A DNA stretch of 64,000 nt from Octopus vulgaris (taxonomy: Eukaryota). Position numbers and translations under genes: made by a program. Each line of letters opens with the position of its first letter. Position 1 is the stretch's first letter. A model generated the notes under the pieces. It was given only the letters and a program-made list of their open reading frames with translations, was not told where the DNA came from and made no database searches. The stretch spans positions 93,062,001-93,126,000 of the forward strand of contig OX597819.1 of NCBI GenBank assembly GCA_951406725.2, written 5' to 3'. Positions 38,843 through 52,727 of this stretch are shown in pieces.

Positions 38843-40350
38843 TAATATTAGTAATTTTATTTGCCGTTGCAACCAAGCATCACTTCGCTCTATCCATGCA
38901 TGTAAATGTATTCTTTGACACGTCTTGATGAATTGTGAATTTGTTACTGTTCTGTGGACTAGTTTAGTCCCTAAATTTATTCACGGAGAGCCTACTGAGT
39001 TCACGTTGCATCAATGCAACTATGGCGTTTTTTACGGCATCTGTTTTGTCATGATTTTATGAACGTAATTTTAATACCTTGTAATGTAATCATTAGATCC
39101 GTCTCTATTAAATCCATGCATGTAAATGTATTCTTTGACACGTCTTGAGGAATTGTGAATTTGTTACTGTTCTGTGCACTAGTTTAGTCCCTAAATTTAT
39201 TCACGGAGAACCTACTGAGTTCACATTGCATGAATGAAACTATGGCGCTTTTATGGCATGTGTTTTATGAACGTAATTTTAATACCTTGTAACATAATCA
39301 TTAGATCCGTCTCTATTAAATTGAACGCTTTCCTTTTTTCATGGTGTATTCTGTACTATGTAGGTGTAGTTCGTTAAAGGACGAACACTTTTAACAGCAA
39401 GACCGTTACATCGAAAATAGGGAGGGAATATTCTAAATTAGCTAGAAATTGGCAGGTGGTCTTCATATTTTCAACTGTTGAGAATTGAATGAATTTTTTT
39501 ACGGGAAAATTAATTAAATTCTTCAGCTGTTATTAGTTTCAATAATTGAGGCATGTGATATGTATGTGATTCCTTGTGATCATTCCTTCTACAATATGCG
39601 CAAGGCCTGACCGTGATTTTGCAGAAATGTTAGCACGCCGGGCGAAATGCATAGCGGTATTTCGTCTTTCTTTACATTCTGAGTTCAAATTTCGCCGAGG
39701 ATGACTTTGCCTTTCATCCATTCGGGGTCGATAAATTAAGTACCAATTGCGTACTGGGGTCGATCTAATCGACTGGCACTCCCCCACCAAAAAAAAATGA
39801 AATAACAATTCGGGGCTTTTGCCTAGAGTAGAAAAGAATATGCGCAAGGCCTGATATTTTAAGGTGATCAACTGGTACTTATTTTATAGAACATAAAGCC
39901 GGAATTATTGCCGATAATAGTTTTATCCAGTGCTCTAATGGTTCTGCGAACTCGCCGTCCCTTTATTTCACTATGACAATAGATACCTTGTCCTAGTACT
40001 GAGTAGTAACAACGAACTTAATTTGCAAAGCAAAAATGGAAAATATACGAAGTAATCCTCGGAAAAATCTCTTCAATACAACAAAGAGGGATCTAATGAT
40101 TATGTTACAAAAATATTAAATTTATGTTTATATAATCATGACACATCACATTCCATCCAAAACGCCATGAATGGTTGCATACAACCTGAATTCGGTTGGC
40201 TCTTCGTGAATGAATTTAGGGACTAAGTTTGTTCGCAAAGCATTAACAAATTCACAATTCTTCAAGACGTGTCAAAGAATACATTTACATGCATGGCTAG
40301 AGCGAACTAATAGTTGGTTGCAACGACAAATAAATTTACTAATATTAAAT
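38843..40350. mobile_element. Fold-back/MITE-like element with about 260-bp inverted arms; left arm tandemly duplicated
   Basis: 38843-39105 is the diverged reverse complement of 40088-40350. 38892-39110 is repeated directly at 39112-39320. Confidence 0.75.
39611..39836 (+). mobile_element. SINE family B (tail type 2) with 18-bp TSD
   Basis: TSD AATATGCGCAAGGCCTGA at 39593-39610 and 39837-39854; body matches 52940-53155. Confidence 0.9.
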
Positions 40351-40859
40351 ATCTTGTTCTGCTACTGTACCCGACATGGGATTTTTCCAAATTTAATAAA
40401 TTATGGACCTTACTCTCACTTGTCACTAGCAAAAAATACTTTTTAAAATAATGAGATACCAGTGACGTTTAAATTAATTCCGTTCTAGAAATACCAGTCC
40501 CTTCAATATCCTATTAAAATTATTTATTAGCAGTTCTTGTACAGATATTAACTGCATGGGTATTGGTTTTTGTTCGATCTCAAGTCAAACTGAATAGGCC
40601 AAATATTTGAGGAAAAGCATTCCAGCGTGATAATTCTAGCTTTTGAGGCTATGGAGCTGCAATATTCATTGCGCTTCTGTATTTTTAAAACACTAGTGTA
40701 TTATATGAGGGATTCAAGTGTTGTTTCTAGCTGACCAAGTGACCACATACAGGCTCTCTCCTCAACTCATAAATAGTTTAAATCAGGGAATGTTAATTAA
40801 AAATAAGATGTTTTCACAATGTAAAAGAAAATTTATTTTCTAAATGTTCATATTATAGT

Positions 40860-41003
40860 CATGGCAGGGTAATTAAGAAATTTTCTCGGCAACCATGAGG
40901 TTTCGTGTTCAGTCCCACTGCATGACAATTTACGTAGGTGTCTTCTCTGTAGCTTTGGGCTGATCAGCGAATTTGGTAGGCAAAAATTAGGTGTGTAAGA
41001 TAG

Positions 41004-41092
<89 letters not shown>

Positions 41093-41262
41093 TTCTTTTT
41101 ACTACTTGTCAACCGGTGTTGGTTTGTTTACCTCCTCGTAACTTAGCGGTCTTGCTAAGAAAAAGTACCGGACTTCAAAAGCAAAATACTGAAATCTATT
41201 TGCTCGACTAAAAACATTCAAGGGGTTATCCCAGTATGGCCGCAGTCAAATGACTTAAACTA
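40860..41262 (+). mobile_element. SINE family A, diverged, with expanded (TA)n(TG)n spacer
   Basis: GTTCAGTCCCACTGC...GTGTCTTCT, microsatellite, CAACCGGTGTTGGTTTGTTTAC...CAGTATGGCCGCAGTCAAATGACT. Confidence 0.8.
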
Positions 41263-41689
41263 CTACCACTCACTTTTAGCTCCAATGGTATTTCCTTGGG
41301 TAAAAATACATATTAATGTGTAAAACTATCAGTGTGGTAGAAAACCATTATGTTAAGAATCTTATTTACCTGGAAGCAATGTGAATTAATTTTCTATTTA
41401 TTCTTCAGTACAACCTTAAATTGTTTTATAATGTGTGAAATTCAAATATGGATAATTTTTTATGAAATTGCTTTCTTTTTTCATTTATATTTTACATTAT
41501 GAGTACTGGTAAGAAATGAAAATACATTCTAGATTTTTTCTTGTATCCTGATAATGTAGGAATACAAAATGTGGCAGGATGGAATAAAATAAACTTTTAA
41601 GAATTCTTCTCTAATCTCTTTAATCCTAACAACGAGGTATCCTCTCAAACTCTTTAAAATACATAAATTAAAGCCTAAAAGAATGCACA

Positions 41690-42382
41690 TTACTAGGATG
41701 GCGACAAAGTGCAGACGACTGGCTGGATGGATCCTAAGAACATTCAGAACCAGAGATAAGGAAATCATGATGGTCCTCTGGCGGACATTCGTCCTCAGCC
41801 GCCTGGATTACTGCTCACAGCTATGGTCACCCCCCAGTGTGAAATTAACAGCGGATCTTGAAGCAATCCAGAGAAGATTCACAAAGAATATCGTCTCTTT
41901 GCAACGGCTCAGCTACTGGGAAAGGTTGAAACAGTTAACACTCTACTCTCTGGAGAGAAGACGGGAGAGGTATGCAGTAATATATGTCTGGAAGATCCTG
42001 GAAGGAATTGTGCCAAATTTTGGCATTGTAAGCTACACCAATGCTAGAATGGGACGACACTGCATAGTACCAAAGATCCCAGCAATGCCATCACGCTTCA
42101 GGACCAGTTACTGCAACAGCCTGGGTTTCAAGGGCCCACAGCTTTTTAATATCCTCCCAAAGAGTCTGAGGAATTTGCACAAAGTAGATGTAGCGGTTTT
42201 TAAATCAAAATTGGACATCTTCCTGTCGAGAGTCCCAGATGAACCTACCTCACGGCAAGAGGTGCAAATGAGAGTAGCTACATCAAACTCCATATATTAG
42301 AGGAGGTTCTTCGTAATAACAGTGTAGCACAAAACGGCGGTGCATCAGCATGGGCGCAGCTCTGAGCTGAAACAAGAAAAAA
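41690..42382 (+). mobile_element. CR1-like LINE, 5'-truncated 3' end (second family)
   Basis: Stop-free frame of about 200 aa: GWILRTF..RLDYCSQLWSP..QRRFTK..YWERLKQL.LYSLERRRER..FKSKLD.FL..VPDEP. 3' UTR GGCGGTGCATCAGCATGGGCGCAGCTCTGAGCTGAAACAAG. Confidence 0.9.
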
Positions 42383-42478
42383 ATATATATATATATCCAT
42401 GTACGAAAATATTCGAATAATCCCATTCTAACAACAGAGAGAATTGAGGAGAATCATATAGTGTATCAAGGATCCCAT

Positions 42479-42530
<52 letters not shown>

Positions 42531-42800
42531 GTGTTGTATTCTCATTACTGATTCGATTGATTAACTGCAGTCACTTGTGTGCTGGAAAATGTTAAATGAG
42601 TTTAATAAAGAATTTTTAGATGTTGCGTGTCTTCCATCAAAGGGGCACGGAATAACTGACATGTGCAAATTAGTGATTATTCTTCGTATTTCTTTGTGTG
42701 TGTATGTGCGTGTGAGGAAATGGGTTGGGTGGGTTGTGATGACAGATAAATAGATAGATTGAAAGATAATTAGACAGGTAGATAAATATAGATAGAAAAA

Positions 42801-42914
42801 CAGATAGACAGACAGGCGGGCAGATAGACAGACAGGCGGGCAGATAGACAGACAGGCGGGCAGATAGACAGACAGGCGGGCAGATAGACAGACAGGCGGG
42901 CAGATAGACAGATG

Positions 42915-42973
<59 letters not shown>
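42801..42973. repeat. 20-bp minisatellite (CAGATAGACAGACAGGCGGG)x5 grading into (GATA)n
   Basis: Directly visible. Confidence 0.95.
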
Positions 42974-42974
<1 letters not shown>

Positions 42975-43771
42975 TGTTTCTTTATTAGCCACAAAGGACT
43001 GCACACAGACAGGACAAAATTACAAGGTAGAGCTTTTCTTTTGGGGGCAAAAGAAGGGGGTTTGGTTTTCGATCAAAAGGGATCGTAAATGGAAACAAAG
43101 AGGACAAAAAAAGGGGGGGATAAAATAAAAAAATTTTTAAATTTTAAAAGGGGGGGAGAAGGGAAAGGAAAAAAAATGGATCAATAGGGATCGTTATCAC
43201 AGAAATGTCAATATGAAGTGTAAAGGGGAGGACAGGTGAAGTTTACCCGTGGAAATAAAAGCCTACGGAAAAGACCACGGTAACCTCGGTCAATGAAGTC
43301 ACATGTTATATTTCTTTTTTTTTTGTTGCAAATAAGCAACTCTCTGTATTAATTTTTACGGTTCATAGAATCATAGTCAAGGTGGCTTCGTCATTCATAC
43401 GTGCCATCCTTGCTACATTCACCCATCTTTTTAAAACATTCACTAGACAAAACTTGCCTCTCTACTCTCACTTTCCTCTTCAAGTGATACTTGAAGAAGT
43501 TGTTGAGAGATTGACCAGAGAGGAAAGTGTTTGTCTCTAATCCTTTCAGGCGCGTCTACCAGATACATTCTTTCGCCATAGCCACAAGTATGATAAAAAT
43601 AGCTCTTCCTTCCCGTTTGAAGGAAGGAGTCGTGACGATATTAACGATAGACTCGGCTGATAAACCGGTACGTCCCACACGTGACAGCAGTCGTTCGACA
43701 TAAGCCCACAGGTCGGAGATTGTTGGACACTGCACGATTGCGTGCAGAGCGGTTTCGTCGCTCTGCCCGCG
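42975..43771 (-). mobile_element. Tx1/L1-clade LINE 3' end inside a (GATA)n array
   Basis: Reverse complement of 43363-43771 reads GQSDETALHAIVQCP...LWAYV...AKECIW*TR...FKKRW (zf-RVT-like C-terminus). T-rich 3' UTR ends AATAAAGAAA; GATA repeats on both sides. Confidence 0.8.
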
Positions 43772-43858
<87 letters not shown>

Positions 43859-46800
43859 GTAGATAGATTAGGTCACAGTTAATCATTCCACTGAAAAACT
43901 GAGTTCCTAATTTATATCTGGGATCCAACATGCAATTTCGGTTATATGATGGTGGTTAGTGGTATGTTTGCAAAACAATAGAGAGGGTGAACTATATAAG
44001 TCAAGTCGAGTCAAGTGATGGAAAACGTTGAAAGCCAGGAACGACTATGATGATAAGGATAATATAGCCGAAAAGGGAAGTTGTATCGCTTAACTCGTCC
44101 ATGTTGATAGCCACGGAGTTTTGTACATCGGCCCGGGAATTTTAGGTGTTTGCATATTGATGACGACCACAGTTATAAAATATTTCTGAACTACGGTTGA
44201 AGGACATCGGTGGCAGTTTCAATAGCTTGACGTTTTGCGAGTCTTATGGTTGATCGATACGCAGCTCCTTTGTGATGTTATGGGTGTTCAGTTTGAAATC
44301 CTTTGGAGAGACAAACACGCTGGTTACGCACGTAGATAAACCATTGGCTATCACAAGTTAGCTGTTAAAATAGGGGCTCTATGGTTTTATTTTCATTTAT
44401 AGTAAGTGACCCCAGAAGTAATGTCAGAACTACTAAAAATAGACGTGACCTATTTCTGTTAGATGAGAACGGAGAACCTCCAACTTGGTTCTGTTACAAA
44501 ATTCCCAATCATAATTTGAGGTGGTCAAAATTTTACTAGACGCGTATATTGCCCTCGTTTGTAACATTAGCTAACGTTGTCTCTACAGATATGCTTTAGA
44601 AATTATATCCAGCACTGATTTTTCTTGCAACGTGTCGTATCCGAGACGTCTGATGTAAATAAACAATGATATCAAAGCGTTCATACCATATTCCGGGAGT
44701 TTCTAAAAAAAATGTATAAATAACTCACTAAATTCCCGAACTATGGCATATACAGCCGTTACCCTTTTTTCATTTTTGATCTCGTTGTAGAGACAGCCTG
44801 AACAAATGATATGAAGCGCACTGCTAGCACAGTAGAACACAACATTGACTTAAAAAAACGTTTAATATACTTCATTGTATATTATGATCGCAAAACGAAA
44901 TACCACGTCCCTACAAGTTATTGGTATGTAATATTTTCCTCTATTTAAATCTAGATTTGGCTGTTGCTAAGAGTTAATACATATCTTTAAGTAAATATTT
45001 TAAAATATTCCTGTTTAATACTTTCTTAATCTTTACAAGGGAGCATTTGTAGATGTGTCTCCATTTTATCCAGGCTTTAAGACATTTATTTGTATATTGC
45101 AAGAGAATTCCTGTCGTAAATTAAACTATGACAGCTAATGATCAAAATACTGACTTTTTCCATAGTGGCTGATGAGGAATGTATCTGTGCGTGTTACCTT
45201 TCCGTAGTAATAGATTCCTTACCTTACCTTTTCGTAGTAATAGATTCATTGTGAAATCAGAAGAAGACTTCTTTATAAGGCAACTAATCCTTAACATTGC
45301 AACGAATTTTCTTTATGGTAATATTATCAATGCCGTTTAACTTTAGGTACTGTTTGCAGCGTGTACACTATTTACAATCATTAAAAGTAGATATAATTAC
45401 GGTCAACTTGTGTAGCTAAGTGGACCATGTTTATGCATTTGAACTGTTAATTGAAAGGTCAATGTTGACTCTCACTGCACTTTGTTTAAGACTAAGATAA
45501 ATTTTAACTGACTCACTACTCACCGAGCTGTGAAATGATACAAAGGCTAAAAATAGACGTATCAAGAGAGAATACATTAAGTAATCAATACGAAAGCTTC
45601 GTTATTTTACAAACTGTACAGTACCTCATATAGGACTATATACACTAACAGAGGTTTAAATCAGGATATTTATTTTTTTCCCCTGAAATTCATGCAGCTG
45701 CTTCTATTAAACGTTCCATATTTATTCTACTTCATGGTGTTCTACGAAAATGAAAATAACTAAAATGCCTCATAGCAGTGACAATGACTCACAATCACTA
45801 GATAGCAATTTGACATCAGGTCGCAAATTTCAATAGTTGTGAACCGCTTTTTATTTCATGCTGTAACTGCTCAATTGCTGGCAGCTAGGGAGCCGTTTAC
45901 AAAATTGCCGACAGAACTTGAGAAGGGATAAAATCTTGATAGCTACGGATCGATAGCATGCTTCGTGAATATTGATCGGGGCGGGATATTATATCAAATT
46001 AACATGAAATAACTTCCTAACCAATAGAACAAATTGTTATAGAAAACTATCTCATAGATTGAAGAATGATGCTATTAATAGATAGAATACTAAGGGGAAA
46101 AAAATCAATCTAAGAACAAAATTTTGCTTGTTTGGAAATGTGTTTGATGGCGTACCTCTTGGGCAACCTGTTTCGAAAATGTTGGAAGTAACATTAAATG
46201 TTTGTAAATGGATCTAAACTCACTTTAACTATTGCTTTGAAACGTTTCAGAGTTATTTTTATATAATGAACAAACATAATTTCAGTAATGATAGTATAGC
46301 TATTTCAATTTTTCATTTAAATACCACCTGTAGAGTTTGTAATATATTAATATATATATATATATAAATGAAAATGGAAATCGAGTAGCAAATTGCATTT
46401 TCTGACAATCTGACCACAGCTTTTCAACATAAAAGCAGAGAGAATAATTTCTTATCTACGTAGCCTAACAAATGTCAAAAGAATGTTGCAGAAATGTGAC
46501 TAGTATGAGGCTTTGCTGCTGTAATTTAGCCTTAGGTCTAATCTTATTGAAGTGTTGCCGACACTACTATCCCGTGTTTTTGTAAAGGTATACGTTTATC
46601 TTGGACTACATTGTCCAATATGTTTCAATCTTTTCAAAGATGGTGGGTTATGATTTTAAAGCATATTTGGTTGCTATTTCTAGCTGATCGAACGATTACA
46701 TTAAGGCTTTGCATGTTATAACACTTTCCACAACCAAATGAATATGTCAGAAACCATACCGTCGAACTGATGGTAATTTCACTTATTACCAAATTGTTGA

Positions 46801-47039
46801 TGTGATGTTGTTTTAGTTATTATTACCATCGTTATTGCTGTTGACCACCAACACCGTTCAGAGCTACTTAATATAGCATGCAACACAGCGGTAGCCAGCC
46901 AAATGATAAAGTTCTATAAACAATTACCTGAACAAAAATGTGAAAATATTAAGTTGAGCAAGGTGTCTGCTTTTTATTATTTATTTCGAATATCAACAAT
47001 CAACAGTGACTTAGATGTGACTTTAGTGACTTTCAGTGG

Positions 47040-48760
47040 ATTCTTCGATGCTGCAAATTTCGGGTGAGATCAACTAAGAAGAGCGGAAAACCTTAACGTC
47101 TATATTTTGCACGCACAGGTCTTTCACAAAGAGTGGAAATATACCAACTGTGCTAGTAGAAACAGGAACAAGACGAAATTCTAAAGAAAACGGCACAGAG
47201 TTCTTTAGTTGTTGTAATTTTTTATCTGATTCCTGGTCCACCGTAATTTTTTTTTCAGTCAATAGTATAACTGGAAAGCACAGAATTCACATGCACTTGG
47301 GATAGAATACCAACTGCACCATTATTAGAGAGATTGGTATGACGAATGTCAGCAATAAATTGTGATACAAAGTTAAGTTACCTAGTTTCCCTTCCAGAAT
47401 GTTTATCTAACTTACAATGAAGAAGTATAAGTTAATGGTTTGTGGACAGGGCATATGGCAAAGTTTCTTCCTTCCAGAAAATTATGAAAATGCTTGACAT
47501 TTTAATATGCTACTAATAATTTCCGACCGAACGTACTATATCTAAATGCAGCCAGTTTCAAATTCTTCGAGAAAAAGAATAATCGTTGCCAAGAATCCTA
47601 CATAAATTCCTGTACATCACCAATTCCTCGTCAGAGGCATTCACTCACAGAGAAACCTTTGTAGCTGGTATCTGGTGAGTTAATAAGGAGATCTTGAATA
47701 ATTTCTCGATAGTTTCCTTAAACGACAGTAATTTTTCTGAAGTTAAAAGAATTTTATTATTCATCCTTTTCCGATTTCGTAAGAATACTGGCAAAGAGCA
47801 AAACTTTTTTCAGCAGAACGTTGTATAAAACGTATGTAGAAATTCACTCGACAAAAAAAATTCACGTAATTTTCGTAATGAAGTAAAAATTGAAAATTGC
47901 ACAATTGTATCTACCTTTTCCTTCTTTGCTATGAAAGTTGAAGCAGCAAAAAAAAAAAAAAAGAAGATGAAGAAAACATTTACTGGTGTAAATCACTGCT
48001 CCGTAATGTACTAATCTTGTAAAAAGATGATTTAGATGGGGCTCATGCTCCGATTCTGACATACTAGCAATCATTAAATCATCAATGTACGCAAAAACGA
48101 TATTCAAACTGTGAGGAACTTCATGAATAAATCTTCATGAAGAAATTAACAGAATTTCTGGGTCTAAAATGGTATTGTAATTAATTCATATACTCTAAAA
48201 GCAGCTGAATGAATATCACTGGCTTCTATCAAAATCTGGTAATATCTAGGAACTAAATTTTTTTCGAAAATATCTTAGCACCACAAAGAGAAGATGATAA
48301 ATAATAAATGAAAAGAATGAGATTTTTCTCACACAGTTCGGAAACTTAACATCTTGTAGTCTCCCATTGGAACGTCAATAACTTTCATCGTTTTTCGACA
48401 ACTCATGAAGAGGAGAAACACTAATACTAGAAGGTCGAATAATATCAATGAAGGAAGGAATTTCTAGCAATTCCTTCATACTCTTAGTTGTGAATATGTA
48501 TGTCCTAAAGAGCTTCATCGTGTAAAAGTTGTTCTAAACCCTTTTGCCGGGAACTAGACGCGCGATTTAATATCTCTAGTTTAATTTCCCGATACAAAAT
48601 GGTAGCTGAGGATGTTGTAATTAAATCCTTTACGTCAATACTTAAAGCTAGAGGATGGGCACTTATTAAATCGAGATGATGAGATTCTGAATGATTATTG
48701 TTAGCACCAAAGAAGGCTTCAAACGAGTAAACCACGTCTCCAGTCCGCAGAGAGGCGTTG
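47040..48760 (-). mobile_element. Gypsy/Ty3 LTR-retrotransposon relic (gag, RT, RNase H fragments)
   Basis: Reverse complement gives IIRPSS..SPLH, MGDY, YYQI...DI, FAYIDDLMIAS....EHEPHL..LF.RL...G.VI..SKC; gag-like PETWF near 48735. Confidence 0.75.
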
Positions 48761-49971
48761 AAAATAGCTACTTGTAACGTAGGAACAGATGTTTAATTAG
48801 GTGGAGAGAGACAAAGGAAGTAAATGTTTTCAATTATTTACACTATGATAGCAATAAAAAGACCGCTTGGAATTAATTAGACATGCCGATTAGACAGATA
48901 CGTAAAAAAATATTGTCTATCGCTGTACGAAATAAAGTGGCTGTTGAAAGCGCTAAAAGTGGCTAGAAATAGCTGTCAAATATCGTTGTACACGGTGGCT
49001 ATATACGCATTTATGAAGAGATGTCGGTTATAGAATTATATTAGGGTGGAATTGGTTCTGAGAAATTATATCAGTAATCGCCGGATGTTGGTCAATATTT
49101 TAGTCGTTGGTAGCACAGAATATTTGGTAGGCTGCGTATGAAGGTTAAAATGGCCATGCTAGCAATAAAATGCTTTTCCATATTCTTTATTACCCGGATC
49201 AGTTACATTTTCATACATCCAACTATTATTTAAATAAAAAAAAGTATAAAGGAGATAGTGAAAGCAATAGTTAAAATTCCTCATCGCATAAACTATTTCA
49301 ATTATTTATATATATATTCCCAAAATTGACTGACCGAGGTCTATATAGCACACGAGGTTTTCTATTCGGGAGTTCAAAATTTTTATAACATACAGCAAAA
49401 CTTCTAGAACTTTCAGCAAAATTATTCGGCAGAAGATTCGTAAAACTACAAATTGGTTGCATGCCATCCGATTTGATTGTGCGAAATAGTTTCACGTTAG
49501 AGCTAATGTCATTTATGGCAGTATTGTTAATTTCTCATAGCAGTCCTTTGTCTCTGATGGCAATATGCCATACACCAATTTGCTGTAAACTTGAAGCTAT
49601 GTTTTATGGATTCTCTACCAAATAGTTTGACCGACGATTTTAAAGTTTTGTTGAATGTTATAAATTTGAAGATGTTGAGCCATATTTCTCGACTGGAGAT
49701 GCTCGAAACTCAGCAGAAGCTTTGTTACATGACTCTTCCAACTCTATTGCTGGTATATTAACTTATTTTGTTCAGAAAATATTTTACGTATCTTTTAAAA
49801 CTATATTTACATTTATTCCAGTAATTATTCAGTTAAGAAGTCAAATTAGTTGAGAGCAAAATATTAAAGAGGAAGATATACAATACATTTTCATTCAGAC
49901 TTCAAAGTGATTTCTTTTCATCCTTCCTCAATAACATAAGCTAAAAACATGTATACAGATATACATACATT

Positions 49972-50045
<74 letters not shown>

Positions 50046-50358
50046 CGTGTGTGTGGGTGTGTGCGCGTGTAGTTGTGGTCGCGTGTAGGTGTGTGCGCGT
50101 GTGGGTGTGTGTGCGTGTGGGTGTGTGCGCGTGTGTGGGTGTGCGCGTGTGGGTGTGTGCGCGCGTAAATCAGTATTACATATTATAAGCACCAATTTTA
50201 GAAAGTTAAAATGTGTACTAAAATGTGCGTGAATTTCACAAGAAGTTTATGTATACAGACACACATACACACATATATGCATAAATGCACGTTTATTTGA
50301 TATATATATATACGTTTAAATATTTGGCTAAACTGGCAATATGACCATTCCGAAATAT

Positions 50359-50435
<77 letters not shown>

Positions 50436-51165
50436 CATACATGTGTATATGTGTGTATATATATATATGTATGCATTTTTGTGTTTAATTAATAACTTAA
50501 TTGCTACTATCAGTGTCACAAATACCCACCGCTACAAAAGTTATTAACTCTTTCTATATATAGAAAAAAATATGCAGTGAAATTTAAGTAAAGCTTACTG
50601 AAAAAGTCTTGTCGAGAATCGATTGCTGCCAATAGATCGATAATAACAATAAAACGTTCGTAATTTTAGCTAATTCTCTGTTGAGTTGATGGTTCTCTTC
50701 TGCACGACCCCTGGGTGAGTGAAAGAGAGATCAGAAGGTACATAACAAAAGAATGGGATTCATTGAAAATTATATTAGGCGGGCAAACGTTTTCATGCTT
50801 TATACACCATTGTCTGTCATATCACATAATCAATTTGCCTTTAGAAAAGCTGACACAACTGGTATCTTTCTTTATAGAATATTTTGTACATCTGAAATTA
50901 CCCCCGACTACTCTTATAGACAGGGCGGCAATCCTTTGTTACAGTACATGAAAGAAATTGGTTCCTAACCCTGACCCTTTATAAAATCCATCAACTAGGA
51001 AGTAACTGTACGCGCCATCTTTCCTATTAGACATCGACAAATTTTACTTTAAAACAGCTAATGTATCATTGTACCCTAAGGTTTCTTGCTATCCATCTCA
51101 CTAATTCATTCATTCAAACCGTTTCTCTTAAATTTCTTCTCTCCTTCCTCTTTCTCTTTGTGTCA

Positions 51166-51204
<39 letters not shown>

Positions 51205-51801
51205 CTCTTTCCCTGTTCCATTGAAGTCTTTTATTCCTCCATCGCGTGTTATTTTTTTCTCTCTCTTTCCTAAACAGTTGTAAAGCTTATTTATTTGAAA
51301 AGATGCATAGCTCTGATATCGTGTATATTTAACTACGTATTTATACCATGAGTTTATGACACTGAGAAGGATATATTACAGCATATTGTCATTTCAGCAT
51401 TTGTATTGTCATGAATCTAACAAAGTTTGAAAAAGGACAAAGAACAATAGTAACGTCAATAAAGAAATTAAATAACCACTATTGGTAATGGTGACCAGGG
51501 TGCACTCTCGGCTCATCAATGGTTTGTCATTTACTCAACGTTGTTCATCATATAAATCGCTATTTTTCGTGAGGAGGTTGGGTTTCTTTCTTTTTTTCTT
51601 TTTTCTTTTTTCTTATTTTCCAATCTATTGATTTAACGTCTTTTCTCTTTATTTTTATGAAAGGTTTCTAGAAGAATCACTTCGATAAAGTAGATTGTGA
51701 CTGGTTCGCAATGCCTTCGCTAAATAAGTAACTAGAAATTTACTAACGCCAAAAGGAGTGTTATGTATGTAAATATATATAAGCACACACGTATGCACAC
51801 A

Positions 51802-52050
51802 CTGGGTTGGTGCATAATTATTGCGGCATTTTTCAACAAATCTTATTCAACAAAAACAATAAAAACAATAATAACAAAAACATCTTTAAATGATTATTCC
51901 GGAGCATATTTAACATCTACTTTAATTACTGCTTCCCATTTGCTTGGCAGACGGTCGGACCGTCATTTAAAGATGTTTTTGTTAAATATCATTGTTTTTG
52001 TTGAATAAAATTTGTTCAAAAAAAGCCGCAATAATTATGCACCAATCCAA
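51802..52050. mobile_element. mariner-derived MITE with about 90-bp inverted arms
   Basis: TGGGTTGGTGCATAATTATTGCGGC..CAACAAAAACAAT..CATCTTTAAATGA, with its inverse ending GCACCAATCCAA-TA. The terminus resembles the Hsmar1/MADE1 TIR TTAGGTTGGTGCAAAAGTAATTGCGG. Confidence 0.85.
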
Positions 52051-52182
52051 TACATAAGTATATGTAAATATGTAACCTACTCGCTCTCCCTCCCTCCCTC
52101 TATCTCTCTCATTCTCTCTCTCATCGTCTGCTTTCTCCTTCGCTCTCCCTGTCTATCTATCTATTTATCTATCTATATATAT

Positions 52183-52310
52183 ATGGCTGTGTGATGAGAA
52201 TTTTGCTTCCTAACCACATGGTTCTGGGTTCAGTCCCTTGGGCAAGTGTCTTCTTCTACAGCCTCGGGCTGACAGAAGATTTGGGAGAGAAAAACTGGAA
52301 GAAGCTCGTC

Positions 52311-52312
<2 letters not shown>
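52183..52312 (+). mobile_element. SINE family A, 5' half
   Basis: TGGCTGTGTG..AACCACATGGTTCTGGGTTCAGTCCCTTGGGCAAGTGTCTTCT..GAAGCTCGTCG. Confidence 0.8.
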
Positions 52313-52348
<36 letters not shown>

Positions 52349-52689
52349 GTGTCTGCCTTCGGTTCCAACGATAAGTTTACAATAATTTTTTGTCTACGTT
52401 TTTTGTTTTTATTGTCATTAATGAAATTATCTACTCATAGCAATATAGAATAATTATAATGTTAAGTCTGTGTATAACATAAACACTCGTACTGTTAAGG
52501 TGATCCTTCATATTCACAATACTATCCTTGAAGAGGCTGGGCTTATGTATTATAAAAGGCGGGATTTCTCACACTGACATTCTAATCAATTTCACTCACA
52601 AAACATGGATTCACCCTACGAAATATTAGAATGCTTTGGGACATTATTATCGGGAACATAACTTTTGAAGTTTTTGGTCATGTCTCCAT

Positions 52690-52727
<38 letters not shown>

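Noticed and set aside
45165-45270. CTGATGA-GGAAT...ATTCC with a 26-bp tandem duplication
   Set aside because: GAAA does not follow stem II and stems I and III cannot form; too weak to call a hammerhead.
43980-46900. Microsatellite-poor stretch that could hide exons or regulatory DNA
   Set aside because: No ORF of 60 aa or more and no motif I can support.
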